From the IMG/VR virus record IMGVR_UViG_3300045996_001613, positions 19,578 to 83,577 of that record: a stretch of 64,000 nt of DNA. One strand, 5' to 3'. Under the pieces are notes generated by a model. That model did no database searches. It had not been told where the DNA came from and saw only the letters and a list, made by a program, of their open reading frames with translations. Source of the stretch: a virus. Each line of letters begins with the position of its first letter. The stretch's first letter is position 1. A program made the position numbers and the translations under genes. This document shows positions 6,957 to 15,837 of this stretch, piece after piece.

Positions 6957-7592
6957 GTGATGCAGGATACACAACCGTACCTCGCGACCGAGTGGGGAGG
7001 CCAGCAGTGGATTATCTTTGCGAAGGCGTACCCCCACGCGATGAATAAGGCGAACAAGGTAGGCATAGACCACAAGTATCTCCGGGAGATAGAGGAAGAT
7101 GAGTATCCGGTCTCGTGGGACAAGGTCGGAGAGTACAGCTACCTCTCGTCGGGAAGTGCCGAGGTATGGCGCGTGTTCGACTACTGCCCCTTTGCTTCGA
7201 CCCTCGACGGGTCACACCTGCCCGACGAGGAGCCGGGAGAGGTTGAGGGTGAGGACCTGACCCCTCCGTACATCAGCATGGGCTTGCCGGTCTTCCGCGT
7301 ACGTGTGGAGCCCTTCGCAACCGGCGACGGATGGTCTGCCACTGTGCTGCTGTGGAAGAGAGAGGACGGCACGGGTCCGCAGGGCATGGACCCCGACGCG
7401 ATACTCACGTCTCTCTCCAGTGAAGCGTTCTTCGCCTACCTCAACATCAAGCAGACCCTCGACAGCATGGGCGTGGCCGGGTTCATCGAGCCCGAGTTCG
7501 CACCACATGGATCACGCAAGGGGTTCTACAACATGGACTCCACGCAAGAGAGAATGCCACTCCAGGCACAAACCAATCAAGGAGGCAAGTAA
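6957..7592 (+). CDS. Hypothetical protein
   Basis: AGGAGG SD; 211 aa. Confidence 0.7.
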   Translation: MMQDTQPYLATEWGGQQWIIFAKAYPHAMNKANKVGIDHKYLREIEEDEYPVSWDKVGEYSYLSSGSAEVWRVFDYCPFASTLDGSHLPDEEPGEVEGEDLTPPYISMGLPVFRVRVEPFATGDGWSATVLLWKREDGTGPQGMDPDAILTSLSSEAFFAYLNIKQTLDSMGVAGFIEPEFAPHGSRKGFYNMDSTQERMPLQAQTNQGGK

Positions 7593-7852
7593 TGGCAAGA
7601 CGAGAACTCGCGACCGCGATTGTGTCCGACACGATCCTGACCGTAGTCCGCAGGGACGTGGGCGACTACGCGCTAGAGATCGAGTACCCGAACGGGGATA
7701 CCCTCAAGTACGGGTCCCTCGACGTGCGTGATGTGTTCACCAGCATGGGCGACGAAGTGCGCCTGCTACTCCACAAGGAGGGGACGTTCAGCGAGGAAGA
7801 GAAGCACTTCCTCAAGATTATGGACCGGCTTCCCGAGTCGGAGGAGGCGTGA
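7592..7852 (+). CDS. Hypothetical protein
   Basis: AAGGAGG SD, TAATG coupling. Confidence 0.75.
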   Translation: MARRELATAIVSDTILTVVRRDVGDYALEIEYPNGDTLKYGSLDVRDVFTSMGDEVRLLLHKEGTFSEEEKHFLKIMDRLPESEEA

Positions 7853-8043
7853 TGTACGAGGACCGTAGCGACTACGAGTTGTGCTCACTCTACTGCGACT
7901 ACCACGAGTGGTTGGAAACAGGTAGCGATATAAAGCCCAACGTAAGGGAGAAATACGAAAACCACTTGGCCGAGATTATGCGAGAGATCGCACGTCGTTA
8001 CAAGTGGGCGACGCAGACGGCACACTACAAGAAGGGGCAGTGA
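7849..8043 (+). CDS. Small helical-hairpin hypothetical protein
   Basis: GGAGG SD; resembles 2526-2747. Confidence 0.7.
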   Translation: MMYEDRSDYELCSLYCDYHEWLETGSDIKPNVREKYENHLAEIMREIARRYKWATQTAHYKKGQ

Positions 8044-8279
8044 TGGATTGCAAGCACCCCAAGGTGGCGCAGAGGTACGGCGTTACCGAACAGCCGCGGC
8101 ACATCCCCGACGTGTTCACCGGACTATGGCCGCAGTGGTACCAGTTCTGTACCCACTGCGGTGATCTGGTCGATGAACGGTGGGTACATCCCGACAAACT
8201 GACCGACGGGCAGTTATTCACCCTACTGATGAGCAATGCGGAGTGCGACGCTGTAGTACAACAATACGAGAGTCAATAG
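8043..8279 (+). CDS. Small zinc-ribbon hypothetical protein
   Basis: CKH...CTHC; TGATG coupling. Confidence 0.6.
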   Translation: MDCKHPKVAQRYGVTEQPRHIPDVFTGLWPQWYQFCTHCGDLVDERWVHPDKLTDGQLFTLLMSNAECDAVVQQYESQ

Positions 8280-8306
8280 TGGGAGGTAGCATGAACACCG
8301 TCGAGC
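8251..8306 (+). repeat. Direct repeat copy 1 (gene end + SD + first codons)
   Basis: CTGTAGTACAACAATACGAGAGTCAATAGTGGGAGGTAGCATGAACACCGTCGAGC. Confidence 0.85.
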
Positions 8307-8668
8307 AGGCGATACGTGCCAGCCTGACCCCCGAGCTATTAAAGCCGGAGTACCGGGGGTCAGACCGGCCATACGCGGGCCACTGCTACGTCGCGAGTGA
8401 GGCGTACTGGCATCTCCGTGGTCGCAGCCACGGCTACATCCCCCACCGGATCAAGCACGAGGGGTCGACGCACTGGTACCTCATGCGCCGCAACACCGGA
8501 GAGGTCATAGACCTGACCGCGGAGCAGTTCGAGACATCTGTTCCATACTCCGAGGGTGTGGGCTGCGGCTTCCTAACAAGCAAGCCGAGCAAGAGGGCAC
8601 AGACCGTGATAGACCGGGTGCTACTTCGCTTACTGATGCCCACTGTAGTACAATACGAGAGTCAATAG
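8291..8668 (+). CDS. Transglutaminase/papain-fold-like protein (Cys-His-Asp)
   Basis: GHCYVASE, THWYL and VIDLTAEQF; GGAGGT SD before ATG 8291. Confidence 0.6.
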   Translation: MNTVEQAIRASLTPELLKPEYRGSDRPYAGHCYVASEAYWHLRGRSHGYIPHRIKHEGSTHWYLMRRNTGEVIDLTAEQFETSVPYSEGVGCGFLTSKPSKRAQTVIDRVLLRLLMPTVVQYESQ

Positions 8669-8695
8669 TAGGAGGTAACGTGAACACCATCGAGC
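8643..8695 (+). repeat. Direct repeat copy 2 (includes TACAAT -10)
   Basis: CTGTAGTACAATACGAGAGTCAATAGTAGGAGGTAACGTGAACACCATCGAGC. Confidence 0.85.
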
Positions 8696-9258
8696 GCAAG
8701 CAGAAGATAGAGGAACTGGTTGGAGAGGTCCTGATGCACGTGCGTGCCGACCTCACCCACGCGGAGAGCAATCTGCGCCTTCTCCGCCGCCAGTCGTCCG
8801 ACAACAACGTGGACTGGTTTCTCGGAAACATCACGAAGCAGGCCACCCTAGCTGCGGCATCGCTGCAGGTCATGCTCAAACAACTAGACGAGAAGGGACT
8901 GACCACCGCGGAACTTGCGGCTGCGGTCGAGGAGAGGGAGTCCTTTCAGGAGGCATTGGAGTCCAGCCCTCAGGTCACGCCCGCGATGCTGCAGGACTGG
9001 TTCGGGGACAACCCCTCTGACGGGATGGCGAAGTACGGGGATGGTGGGATCGAAATCAACCCCGATCTCGGGGCCGAGTACAAGAGTGCATTGGGGGAGC
9101 ACCAAAAGGCACAGGAGGAGATCGCGAAAGCCCGGCGGTTCCTCGACGTGGAGTCCGTAGTCGGGTATTCCAACGTCAGCCAGTGCGAGGAGACGGACGA
9201 GCCCCACGAGATCGAGGCGTTGGGTGACCCGTCCAACCCGGAGGAGGTCTCCCACTAG
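8680..9258 (+). CDS. Hypothetical protein
   Basis: AGGAGGT SD, GTG start. Confidence 0.75.
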   Translation: MNTIERKQKIEELVGEVLMHVRADLTHAESNLRLLRRQSSDNNVDWFLGNITKQATLAAASLQVMLKQLDEKGLTTAELAAAVEERESFQEALESSPQVTPAMLQDWFGDNPSDGMAKYGDGGIEINPDLGAEYKSALGEHQKAQEEIAKARRFLDVESVVGYSNVSQCEETDEPHEIEALGDPSNPEEVSH

Positions 9259-9593
9259 TGGGAGACCTGATCTACTTCCCCGGCTCTGATCCGGAGGAAA
9301 GGGAGAAGCGTGCTCGCAAGCTAGAGCGTGCGCGTAACAACCTCTTGGATATCTTCGACCATCTTGGCCTCGACGAGGCGAGGGTAGAGTACCTAGAGCT
9401 ACTAGAAGAGGCGAAGAAACAGCGTCTCACGATTGAGTTCTTGGAGCGCAAGCATAGGATGGTCTCCAAGAACATACACGCCTACGAGCAGGAAGAGAGA
9501 ATCGTTCTCAAGTTCGACAAGACGGGGAGGTACGTAGGGTACGTGGATAGGGACACCGGGGAATTGAAGAAACATGTACGGGAGGAGACGTGA
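9258..9593 (+). CDS. Hypothetical coiled-coil protein
   Basis: TAGTG coupling; GGAGGT SD. Confidence 0.7.
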   Translation: MGDLIYFPGSDPEEREKRARKLERARNNLLDIFDHLGLDEARVEYLELLEEAKKQRLTIEFLERKHRMVSKNIHAYEQEERIVLKFDKTGRYVGYVDRDTGELKKHVREET

Positions 9594-9721
9594 GGCACTG
9601 CTACTGCATCGGTCGCTGCCGGTGTCGAGCAGGATGCCTCGACGTAGTGATCAGCGTAATCTTTGGACCCATCATCATCCTGTGCATTGTGCTCGGGCTG
9701 ATCGAGTGGCTGTTCGGATAG
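9590..9721 (+). CDS. Small Cys-rich membrane protein (not in ORF track)
   Basis: MRHCYCIGRCRCRAGCLDVVISVIFGPIIILCIVLGLIEWLFG; GTGA overlap and GGAGGAG SD. Confidence 0.55.
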   Translation: MRHCYCIGRCRCRAGCLDVVISVIFGPIIILCIVLGLIEWLFG

Positions 9722-9728
9722 GAGATTA

Positions 9729-9899
9729 ATGGTAGATACAGTTGAGTCCACGCCGCTGACCAAGATGCTCGACGAGGGTATCACGGCGCTGACGAAGGAA
9801 GAACTGATCGGACTGTGGGGGTACTGCCGGAAGCACGGATACACCGCGACCGCGGAGTTAGCGGTCGAGGAGATGGGGGATAGGGGGATGGAACTGTGA
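9729..9899 (+). CDS. Small helical-hairpin protein (not in ORF track)
   Basis: GGAG SD; MVDTVESTPLTKMLDEGITALTKEELIGLWGY... Confidence 0.6.
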   Translation: MVDTVESTPLTKMLDEGITALTKEELIGLWGYCRKHGYTATAELAVEEMGDRGMEL

Positions 9900-10000
9900 C
9901 GAAGAAGCAGTTTTTGCTGGTGCTCTTGGTCGGCGCGATAAATGGAATGCTGCTCGGTCTGATCCTGGGCATGCTGTACACGTGGAATATCTACAACTAG
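9896..10000 (+). CDS. Small membrane protein (not in ORF track)
   Basis: MTKKQFLLVLLVGAINGMLLGLILGMLYTWNIYN; GTGA overlap. Confidence 0.55.
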   Translation: MTKKQFLLVLLVGAINGMLLGLILGMLYTWNIYN

Positions 10001-10008
10001 GAGAGCAT

Positions 10009-10383
10009 ATGACTGAAACGAGGAAGTCGCCAAAGACGAAGTGCGACGCGACCGGATACGTGCTCGGACAGCCGATTCGCGAGACCTTTGAGCACGACAC
10101 GGACACCGGGCTCAGTGCCAACAGGCAGGCAGTGCTGTGGGCTCAGGAGAAGGGCGTCTCCGTACTAGAGACCGCGAAGCCCCCGTACCGCAACAAGGAC
10201 AGGAACTACTACGCGACCAACCCCTCGACAGGGAAGATGAATCGGATCTCGTTCAACAAGGCGAAGATCATTACGGCTATGATCCCAGCCATGTTCGCGG
10301 AAGAGGGTGCCGAGTCGGAGGAGGACAAGCGCCAGATCGTCGAGAGAGTGATCCGACGGGAGATCTCGGGGGTACCCGAGTAA
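10009..10383 (+). CDS. Hypothetical protein
   Basis: AGGAG SD before ATG 10009. Confidence 0.7.
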   Translation: MTETRKSPKTKCDATGYVLGQPIRETFEHDTDTGLSANRQAVLWAQEKGVSVLETAKPPYRNKDRNYYATNPSTGKMNRISFNKAKIITAMIPAMFAEEGAESEEDKRQIVERVIRREISGVPE

Positions 10384-10592
10384 TGACGCTCCTGTTTGCG
10401 TTTATCCTTTGGTTTGCCCTGATGTGCTGCATGGCGGGTCCGTACCTCATGCTTCTGGTATGGGCATGCAACACCGCATGGGGGAAGAGATCTCCGCAAT
10501 GGGTGTGGGGTGGCTCAATAGTCGTGGGGTATCCCCTACTGATGTGCGTTGCCGCGTACGTAGCAGGCTACTGGTACGTGATGCACTCATGA
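10383..10592 (+). CDS. Membrane protein (2 TM)
   Basis: TAATG coupling; two hydrophobic helices. Confidence 0.6.
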   Translation: MTLLFAFILWFALMCCMAGPYLMLLVWACNTAWGKRSPQWVWGGSIVVGYPLLMCVAAYVAGYWYVMHS

Positions 10593-10801
10593 CCACCTTT
10601 GAGAAGCTGTACGAGATCTATGGTATCTGGCTGGCTCTGCTGTTTACGCTGTTACTCGCGGGCGCGTGGGCCATGATCGAGATGTCCAAGTGGGCCGACC
10701 GAGAGGGGAGCATCAACGCGGTGGTCGTGGTGATTGCGTACGTGGTGCTCTGCATCGCGTGCACGTACGTGATAGTGACGTTGTGGGGGTTACCTGTATG
10801 A
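10589..10801 (+). CDS. Membrane protein (2 TM)
   Basis: ATGA overlap; two hydrophobic helices. Confidence 0.6.
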   Translation: MTTFEKLYEIYGIWLALLFTLLLAGAWAMIEMSKWADREGSINAVVVVIAYVVLCIACTYVIVTLWGLPV

Positions 10802-11082
10802 AGCTGGTCTACTGCCGAGAGTGCCAAGACGTATTCAAGCTCACTACCAAGGAACTCCGGTTCTGCGAATGCGGAGAAAGTGCCGGCAGTTACAAGCCGG
10901 ATGGACTGCATGCGCTGATCTACGGTGCCGCGATACCCCTCGGCTTTGACAACGGATCGCTCCTACGTGCCTTGCAACAAAGAGCACCAGGGGATTTCAA
11001 GCGCCCGAGGTATGGCACGAGGTTTGAGGCGTTCGTGATCCCCCACCAGACCCCGACCGTGAATGGAGGCAGATGGACGTAA
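10798..11082 (+). CDS. Zinc-binding hypothetical protein
   Basis: MKLVYCRECQD...CECG; ATGA overlap. Confidence 0.7.
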   Translation: MKLVYCRECQDVFKLTTKELRFCECGESAGSYKPDGLHALIYGAAIPLGFDNGSLLRALQQRAPGDFKRPRYGTRFEAFVIPHQTPTVNGGRWT

Positions 11083-11312
11083 TGAAGACGCCGCGGTTCC
11101 GTAAAGAAATGGAGGTCGAGATCTGCCCCTTCCAACATGGCCGAATCTGTGCCGACGAGGACATTCTGCGTCTGGATGGACGACGGGGCACGGTAACCAA
11201 TGTCAAGAATCACTCCCAAGGACAGATCGTGTATGTACACGTCGAAATGGAGAGGGCCGCGATAGCCTACCTCACCGAGATACTGAAACCCATGGTTGAA
11301 AGTCAACGGTAG
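11073..11312 (+). CDS. Hypothetical protein
   Basis: GGAGG SD. Confidence 0.6.
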   Translation: MDVMKTPRFRKEMEVEICPFQHGRICADEDILRLDGRRGTVTNVKNHSQGQIVYVHVEMERAAIAYLTEILKPMVESQR

Positions 11313-11384
11313 TCGAGTACAATAGGTACAAGCGTCAATAGTGGCGCAGTAGCCATGTCGTGCAAGCGACACAAGGAGGCGAAC

Positions 11385-11675
11385 ATGGCGGAAAAGGTAG
11401 CGAGCACGCGACACTTCGTGTGCTCACCGGCAGTGGCGATGGGCCTCGCGAGGACCCTAGTCACCGGACTGCGGGACGAGGTTGCGGTCAAGTGCTTCAA
11501 CCGTGAGCCGCAGAAAATGGCGGAAGCCCTGATGGAGTGGGCTGAGGAGAAGCGCATCCTCAAGGGCGAAGACCCCAACGACAACCTGCTTGCGTGGGCC
11601 ATGCGTGAGGGACGGGGCAAGTGGAACCCCGACCCTGATCGGTACCAGCGCAACGCGGATCTGGTGGCGGCGTGA
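11385..11675 (+). CDS. Hypothetical protein
   Basis: AAGGAGG SD before ATG 11385; TACAAT promoter-like site at 11318. Confidence 0.7.
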   Translation: MAEKVASTRHFVCSPAVAMGLARTLVTGLRDEVAVKCFNREPQKMAEALMEWAEEKRILKGEDPNDNLLAWAMREGRGKWNPDPDRYQRNADLVAA

Positions 11676-11983
11676 GCCTATATCAGGCTCTCATGCAGGA
11701 GGCGGAGGCACAACTGGCCTCTGCCTCCTCTTCTATGGACAAGCTGGATACAGTGATGTTCTGCCTCGGTCTCGACGACGAGGACTTTGAGGAAGAGGGG
11801 TATGAGGGTCGAGGCGAAGCCGAGGATATAGCCTTGGTTCACATACGCGGGGTTCAGGGGTCTTGGGGCCGCATGCTGGATCTCTTTGAGGCCGCGGTGA
11901 TGCGAAGGATAGGAGACGCCCGTGAAGAAGGCGATACACGTATCCAAGGAGAGGATCAAGGCAAACCGGAAAGCGGGGAATAA
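11672..11983 (+). CDS. Hypothetical acidic protein
   Basis: GTGA overlap. Confidence 0.6.
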   Translation: MSLYQALMQEAEAQLASASSSMDKLDTVMFCLGLDDEDFEEEGYEGRGEAEDIALVHIRGVQGSWGRMLDLFEAAVMRRIGDAREEGDTRIQGEDQGKPESGE

Positions 11984-12173
11984 CTTCCCCTTCATTCGCG
12001 TGATCGCGGCGTCCGGTCGGGACGGCTTCGGGCACAAGGCGTACTGGAACGGGCCGACCCTGTTGAGGAACTTCGCGAACCTCCCGGATGGGGAGCAGCA
12101 TGTCCACGTCGAGACGGACGCACTGGTCTTACTCACGAACGAAATATCCGGGGAAGAGCAGGTGTTTGAGTGA
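11922..12173 (+). CDS. Hypothetical protein
   Basis: AGGAG SD; IHVSKERIKANRK..HVETD pattern. Confidence 0.65.
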   Translation: MKKAIHVSKERIKANRKAGNNFPFIRVIAASGRDGFGHKAYWNGPTLLRNFANLPDGEQHVHVETDALVLLTNEISGEEQVFE

Positions 12174-12538
12174 TCACCGAGGAGCAGTTCGGCAAGCTGC
12201 CACGCTATGTGCAGCACGAACTTGAGAAGCTACGTGCCGACGTAGCGTGGTATAAGCATAAGTACGAGGCGATCAGCGGAAAGACCTCTCGCGTGTTTGT
12301 CAACCGTCGCCTCGGCTCTGAGAACCCCGGCAACCTACACCTGCCGGAGGACGAGAGCATCACCTTCAAGGTGGAGGACGATACACATTACGTCGGGGAT
12401 GGCGCGTACATCGAGGTTGAGCTATCGAGTAGCCGGGACCACATCGAGGTTCGTGGACGAGACGGATTGCTCACGGCCCTCGACAGCAGCAACCGCATGC
12501 GGATCTACCACGGTAGGTCCCTGACACCACTACGCTAG
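12170..12538 (+). CDS. Hypothetical protein
   Basis: GTGA overlap; KLPRYVQHELEKL N-terminus. Confidence 0.7.
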   Translation: MITEEQFGKLPRYVQHELEKLRADVAWYKHKYEAISGKTSRVFVNRRLGSENPGNLHLPEDESITFKVEDDTHYVGDGAYIEVELSSSRDHIEVRGRDGLLTALDSSNRMRIYHGRSLTPLR

Positions 12539-12546
12539 GAGGCAAC

Positions 12547-13770
12547 ATGACTGACACACTCATGGCACCCGAAGACTTCCTTACTGCAGCACTATCGGAG
12601 CAGGAGAGGGAAGAGAAGAAGGAATTGGAACTACGCCACGAGAAGCGGTTACAGAACGGGTCCGCGATCAAGAACACCCTCCCCTACAAGGCGTTCGCGG
12701 CCCTCGGCGTGGACCCCGAAGAGGTTGTGACGACCGAGGGGACCTCAGAGGTATACACCACCGGATCATTCGTGATCGAGGGCGAGCGCATGGAGGTACA
12801 GTTCAACTGCTCGTCCGGCTCCGCCATGCGCCCTTCCGTGACCTTTACCATCCTCGACGTGCGATCTGACATCAACCTCACATCAGGCGTCGAGTACTTC
12901 GAGACAAATGTTACGAGGGTGGGTCGGGCCATTGCTCGGGCTCTGGTCAACATACGCACTATCCGGGACGCGGAACGTCGGCGCAAGGTGGACGTGATCA
13001 AGAACTACATACCTCAGCGGTTGGAGAAGGACCGCAATGCGGCCCGACAGAGGTTACATGACCTGAATCAGAGGGTCGCGGACGACACGGTGGAACTGGA
13101 AGAAGATGTCAAGACGGCCCTGTTCGCCGCGATCAAGGACGAGTTTGAGACGGTGGACAACCTGTACACGCAACGGGCCAAGGCCGCGGCTCAGGTCATG
13201 CAGCTTGCCCGAGCATACGCACAGGATCTCAACCGTTACGAGGGAGAGGTATTCGCGTGGGCGTCCAACAATACGGAGAAGCTGTGGTCTCCGTGGTCGG
13301 CACTCAAGATCGAGTACACCAAGGTCGCGGCCAACCTTGCATTCCCGGAGTTCTACAACGAGTACGAGGAGTTTCCCAACCTTGAACTAACCGACGAGAT
13401 AGTGGTCCTGCCCGAGAAGGCGAACGGCTGGTATCAGGAGATCAACTCCTACGGAGAGGTCAAGCTGATAGACGTACACGGGATCGTCAAGACCGAGCCT
13501 CTGAAATTCTCTGCCCCGTCCACAGACCGGAAGCTGAGGTTCCACCAGACGTACAAGTGCTCGACTCCGGGTCGGACCTACTACGTGAACGTTCCACCCC
13601 TCGTCGAGGAAGAACCGACCGAGGTCCCCGTTGCTCCGGTCAACTGGCGGGAGAGGGTAGACATTGTAGACCTGTCGTCCATGCCCGACGAGACGATAGA
13701 CTCGATCTACTCCGCGGGTGGCAATAGGATCATAGAGGTTCTACGCAACGCTCTGGTCTACTGGCTGTAA
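12547..13770 (+). CDS. Large hypothetical protein (407 aa)
   Basis: AGGAGG SD; long ORF with no recognised motif. Confidence 0.8.
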   Translation: MTDTLMAPEDFLTAALSEQEREEKKELELRHEKRLQNGSAIKNTLPYKAFAALGVDPEEVVTTEGTSEVYTTGSFVIEGERMEVQFNCSSGSAMRPSVTFTILDVRSDINLTSGVEYFETNVTRVGRAIARALVNIRTIRDAERRRKVDVIKNYIPQRLEKDRNAARQRLHDLNQRVADDTVELEEDVKTALFAAIKDEFETVDNLYTQRAKAAAQVMQLARAYAQDLNRYEGEVFAWASNNTEKLWSPWSALKIEYTKVAANLAFPEFYNEYEEFPNLELTDEIVVLPEKANGWYQEINSYGEVKLIDVHGIVKTEPLKFSAPSTDRKLRFHQTYKCSTPGRTYYVNVPPLVEEEPTEVPVAPVNWRERVDIVDLSSMPDETIDSIYSAGGNRIIEVLRNALVYWL

Positions 13771-13788
13771 ACAAAGTAGCGTTTACGC

Positions 13789-13809
13789 TACAATGGTAGC
13801 AGTCAATAG
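13789..13809 (+). promoter_or_regulatory. Putative promoter: TACAAT plus GTCAATAG motif
   Basis: Intergenic; preceded by palindrome TAGCGTTTACGCTA. Confidence 0.5.
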
Positions 13810-13821
13810 ACAGGAGACAGT

Positions 13822-14064
13822 ATGCACAAGAGAACGCTACCCTCTCTGGCCGAATTTATAGGGGTTACGAAGCAGAGGGTGCACAAGCTGAAGGACGAAG
13901 GGCGTATACCTAGCGCCGTGCAGGGAGTTGGCGGCAGATATACGGTAGATTGGGACCCACAGATTTTGCGTGGAAATCGCGAGCGTCCGGGTCCTGTGAC
14001 CGAGTTCATCAAAGATTGGGAGATGCGTAATAGCGTATCCCCGGAGGACAACACACTCACATGA
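13822..14064 (+). CDS. HTH DNA-binding protein (excisionase/MerR-like)
   Basis: SLAEFIGVTKQRVHKLKDEGRIP. Confidence 0.7.
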   Translation: MHKRTLPSLAEFIGVTKQRVHKLKDEGRIPSAVQGVGGRYTVDWDPQILRGNRERPGPVTEFIKDWEMRNSVSPEDNTLT

Positions 14065-14471
14065 GCGTCGCACATATGATCATCGCCTCGGCGGGGTTAG
14101 GAATAACATTCGCATTCCTAACCCTGATCTCTTGGTACGTGATCACCACGGAGAGGTTCCGCCTCGACTTACGGTACAGACTCACCAAGTTCAAGCTCAA
14201 GTTGAAGTTTAAGAGGGATGAAGTCACCTGCGTTATATGCGGAGGCAAGGGTACATATCCCGCGGACGGGGCGTTCGGTAAGATCCAAGTCGAGTGCACC
14301 CGATGCGATGGCGATGGGTTCGCATACGTCTACACCTACCGCTTCAAGTGGTGGACACCGTCCGACTCTGAGGGATTCCACGCGGACCAGGATCTCGTCG
14401 AAGCCGTGCTCGGGAAGTCCTCGGAGCACGTCATGACTAAAGAGATGGCTGAAGCAACGAGGGAGAGGTAG
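14061..14471 (+). CDS. Membrane-anchored DnaJ-type zinc-finger protein
   Basis: N-terminal TM; CVICGGKG and CTRCDGDG. Confidence 0.7.
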   Translation: MSVAHMIIASAGLGITFAFLTLISWYVITTERFRLDLRYRLTKFKLKLKFKRDEVTCVICGGKGTYPADGAFGKIQVECTRCDGDGFAYVYTYRFKWWTPSDSEGFHADQDLVEAVLGKSSEHVMTKEMAEATRER

Positions 14472-14473
14472 CG

Positions 14474-14686
14474 ATGCAACAGACGCAGATGCTTCGACTC
14501 TACATGAAGTCAGGGAACATCGTCGAGATACCCGCGGCAGACTGGCACCTAGAGGGGAGCGTGGAGGGCTTGTTTAGGCTCAGGTGGGAGGTCTCGGACG
14601 ATTCCGCTGAGAACCCCCTGCTGACCAAGCTGATATGGGTGTCCCTGCCAGATATCGAAGCCGTAGTGGTACAGGATGTATCGTGA
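14474..14686 (+). CDS. Hypothetical protein
   Basis: GAGGT SD. Confidence 0.65.
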   Translation: MQQTQMLRLYMKSGNIVEIPAADWHLEGSVEGLFRLRWEVSDDSAENPLLTKLIWVSLPDIEAVVVQDVS

Positions 14687-14952
14687 CCTCCATGACACTG
14701 CGCCGTAACGGTAAGTGGCTCACCCTACAGGCTCCCATCCCCTTCCACACACCCCACTTTACCGTTGACTGGTGCAAGAAGATCGCGTATACTATGCGTC
14801 AACGGAAGGCGTCCAGAGAAAGGATAGAAGAGGCATTGCGGAAGTACGAGGTAGAGGACCCCGATACGCAATGGGGCGTCGGGGAAGACACTATCCAGCG
14901 CATACTTGAAGAGGTATGCCCCACCCCGAAGGAGGAGCAGACTCTATGGTAG
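14683..14952 (+). CDS. Hypothetical protein, possible HTH
   Basis: GTGA overlap; VGEDTIQRIL. Confidence 0.55.
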   Translation: MTSMTLRRNGKWLTLQAPIPFHTPHFTVDWCKKIAYTMRQRKASRERIEEALRKYEVEDPDTQWGVGEDTIQRILEEVCPTPKEEQTLW

Positions 14953-15356
14953 AAGACTACCCACGTCTGACCCCGGCACGCATCGTTTCGACGCTGAACG
15001 ATCACCCCCACATCTACCTTTCAGGCAGTGTGTGGCACGAGAGGTATAAGGGGGACGGCGACCGCAAGGACGATATCCGGCTTGGCCCGGTTAGCTTCCT
15101 TCTCGCCTCGGAGAAGGGGTTGACCAGCGTGGTCGAGGTATACGCGGGCTCCGCAGGGGTTCCCGCGTATGTAAGAGAGAGGGTGTCCCGTCTTTTAGGC
15201 ACCCCAGAGGACTACCTAAAGGGACTCCTTGATGGGTTCGTTGATCCAGACGGACAGTTCGATCTAATGTGGGGAGACTATGCGATAGGGTTTATCGACG
15301 GCAATGTGGCCGCGGACCTGATCGAAGGCATAGACCCCGAACGGGAGGCAAGTTAA
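14946..15356 (+). CDS. Hypothetical protein
   Basis: AGGAGGAG SD before ATG 14946. Confidence 0.65.
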   Translation: MVEDYPRLTPARIVSTLNDHPHIYLSGSVWHERYKGDGDRKDDIRLGPVSFLLASEKGLTSVVEVYAGSAGVPAYVRERVSRLLGTPEDYLKGLLDGFVDPDGQFDLMWGDYAIGFIDGNVAADLIEGIDPEREAS

Positions 15357-15835
15357 TGGAATACGTCACGAGTGTGGTGCTCGGAGAAGAGTACGAGTAC
15401 AAACCGCTGAACATCAAGGGTATCGCGAACGGCGTCAGCTTCTTCCAGCACGGCTGCGACCGCGTAGGGTTGGAGTACAACAACAGCGGTAGCATCGAGT
15501 TCATCGGCGTGGACGCTCTGTCCCTTGAGCCGAAGGACAACTCGACCTACGTCTCGGATGTAGTGGTCGGCAAGGAGTACAAGGACAAGCAGACCTCGAT
15601 CAAGGGCATCGTTACAGCCCTCACCTTCTACCAGCACGGGCAGGAGAGGGCTGAGTTGGAGTGGACCCACAAGGGAGAGGTCAAGACCGCGACGTTCGAC
15701 GTCGAGCGTTTAGAGGGCAAGCCCGAGCAGTCTTCCATCTTCGGGCCGCGAAGTGAGCCGGTCTCTTCTCCGAAGTCAGGTGGTCCCGGACGCGGCGTGT
15801 CCAATGTCCGCCGCGGCGCAATCACAAGGAGGTAG
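15356..15835 (+). CDS. Protein with two tandem beta-barrel-like repeats
   Basis: YVTSVVLGEEY..IKGI..FFQHG and YVSDVVVGKEY..IKGI..FYQHG. Confidence 0.75.
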   Translation: MEYVTSVVLGEEYEYKPLNIKGIANGVSFFQHGCDRVGLEYNNSGSIEFIGVDALSLEPKDNSTYVSDVVVGKEYKDKQTSIKGIVTALTFYQHGQERAELEWTHKGEVKTATFDVERLEGKPEQSSIFGPRSEPVSSPKSGGPGRGVSNVRRGAITRR

Positions 15836-15837
15836 CA

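Noticed and set aside
1100-15356. Shared C-termini EVAS/EVSA/REAS/EEA as a degron or targeting motif
   Set aside because: Explained by the GGAGG Shine-Dalgarno of the next, translationally coupled gene
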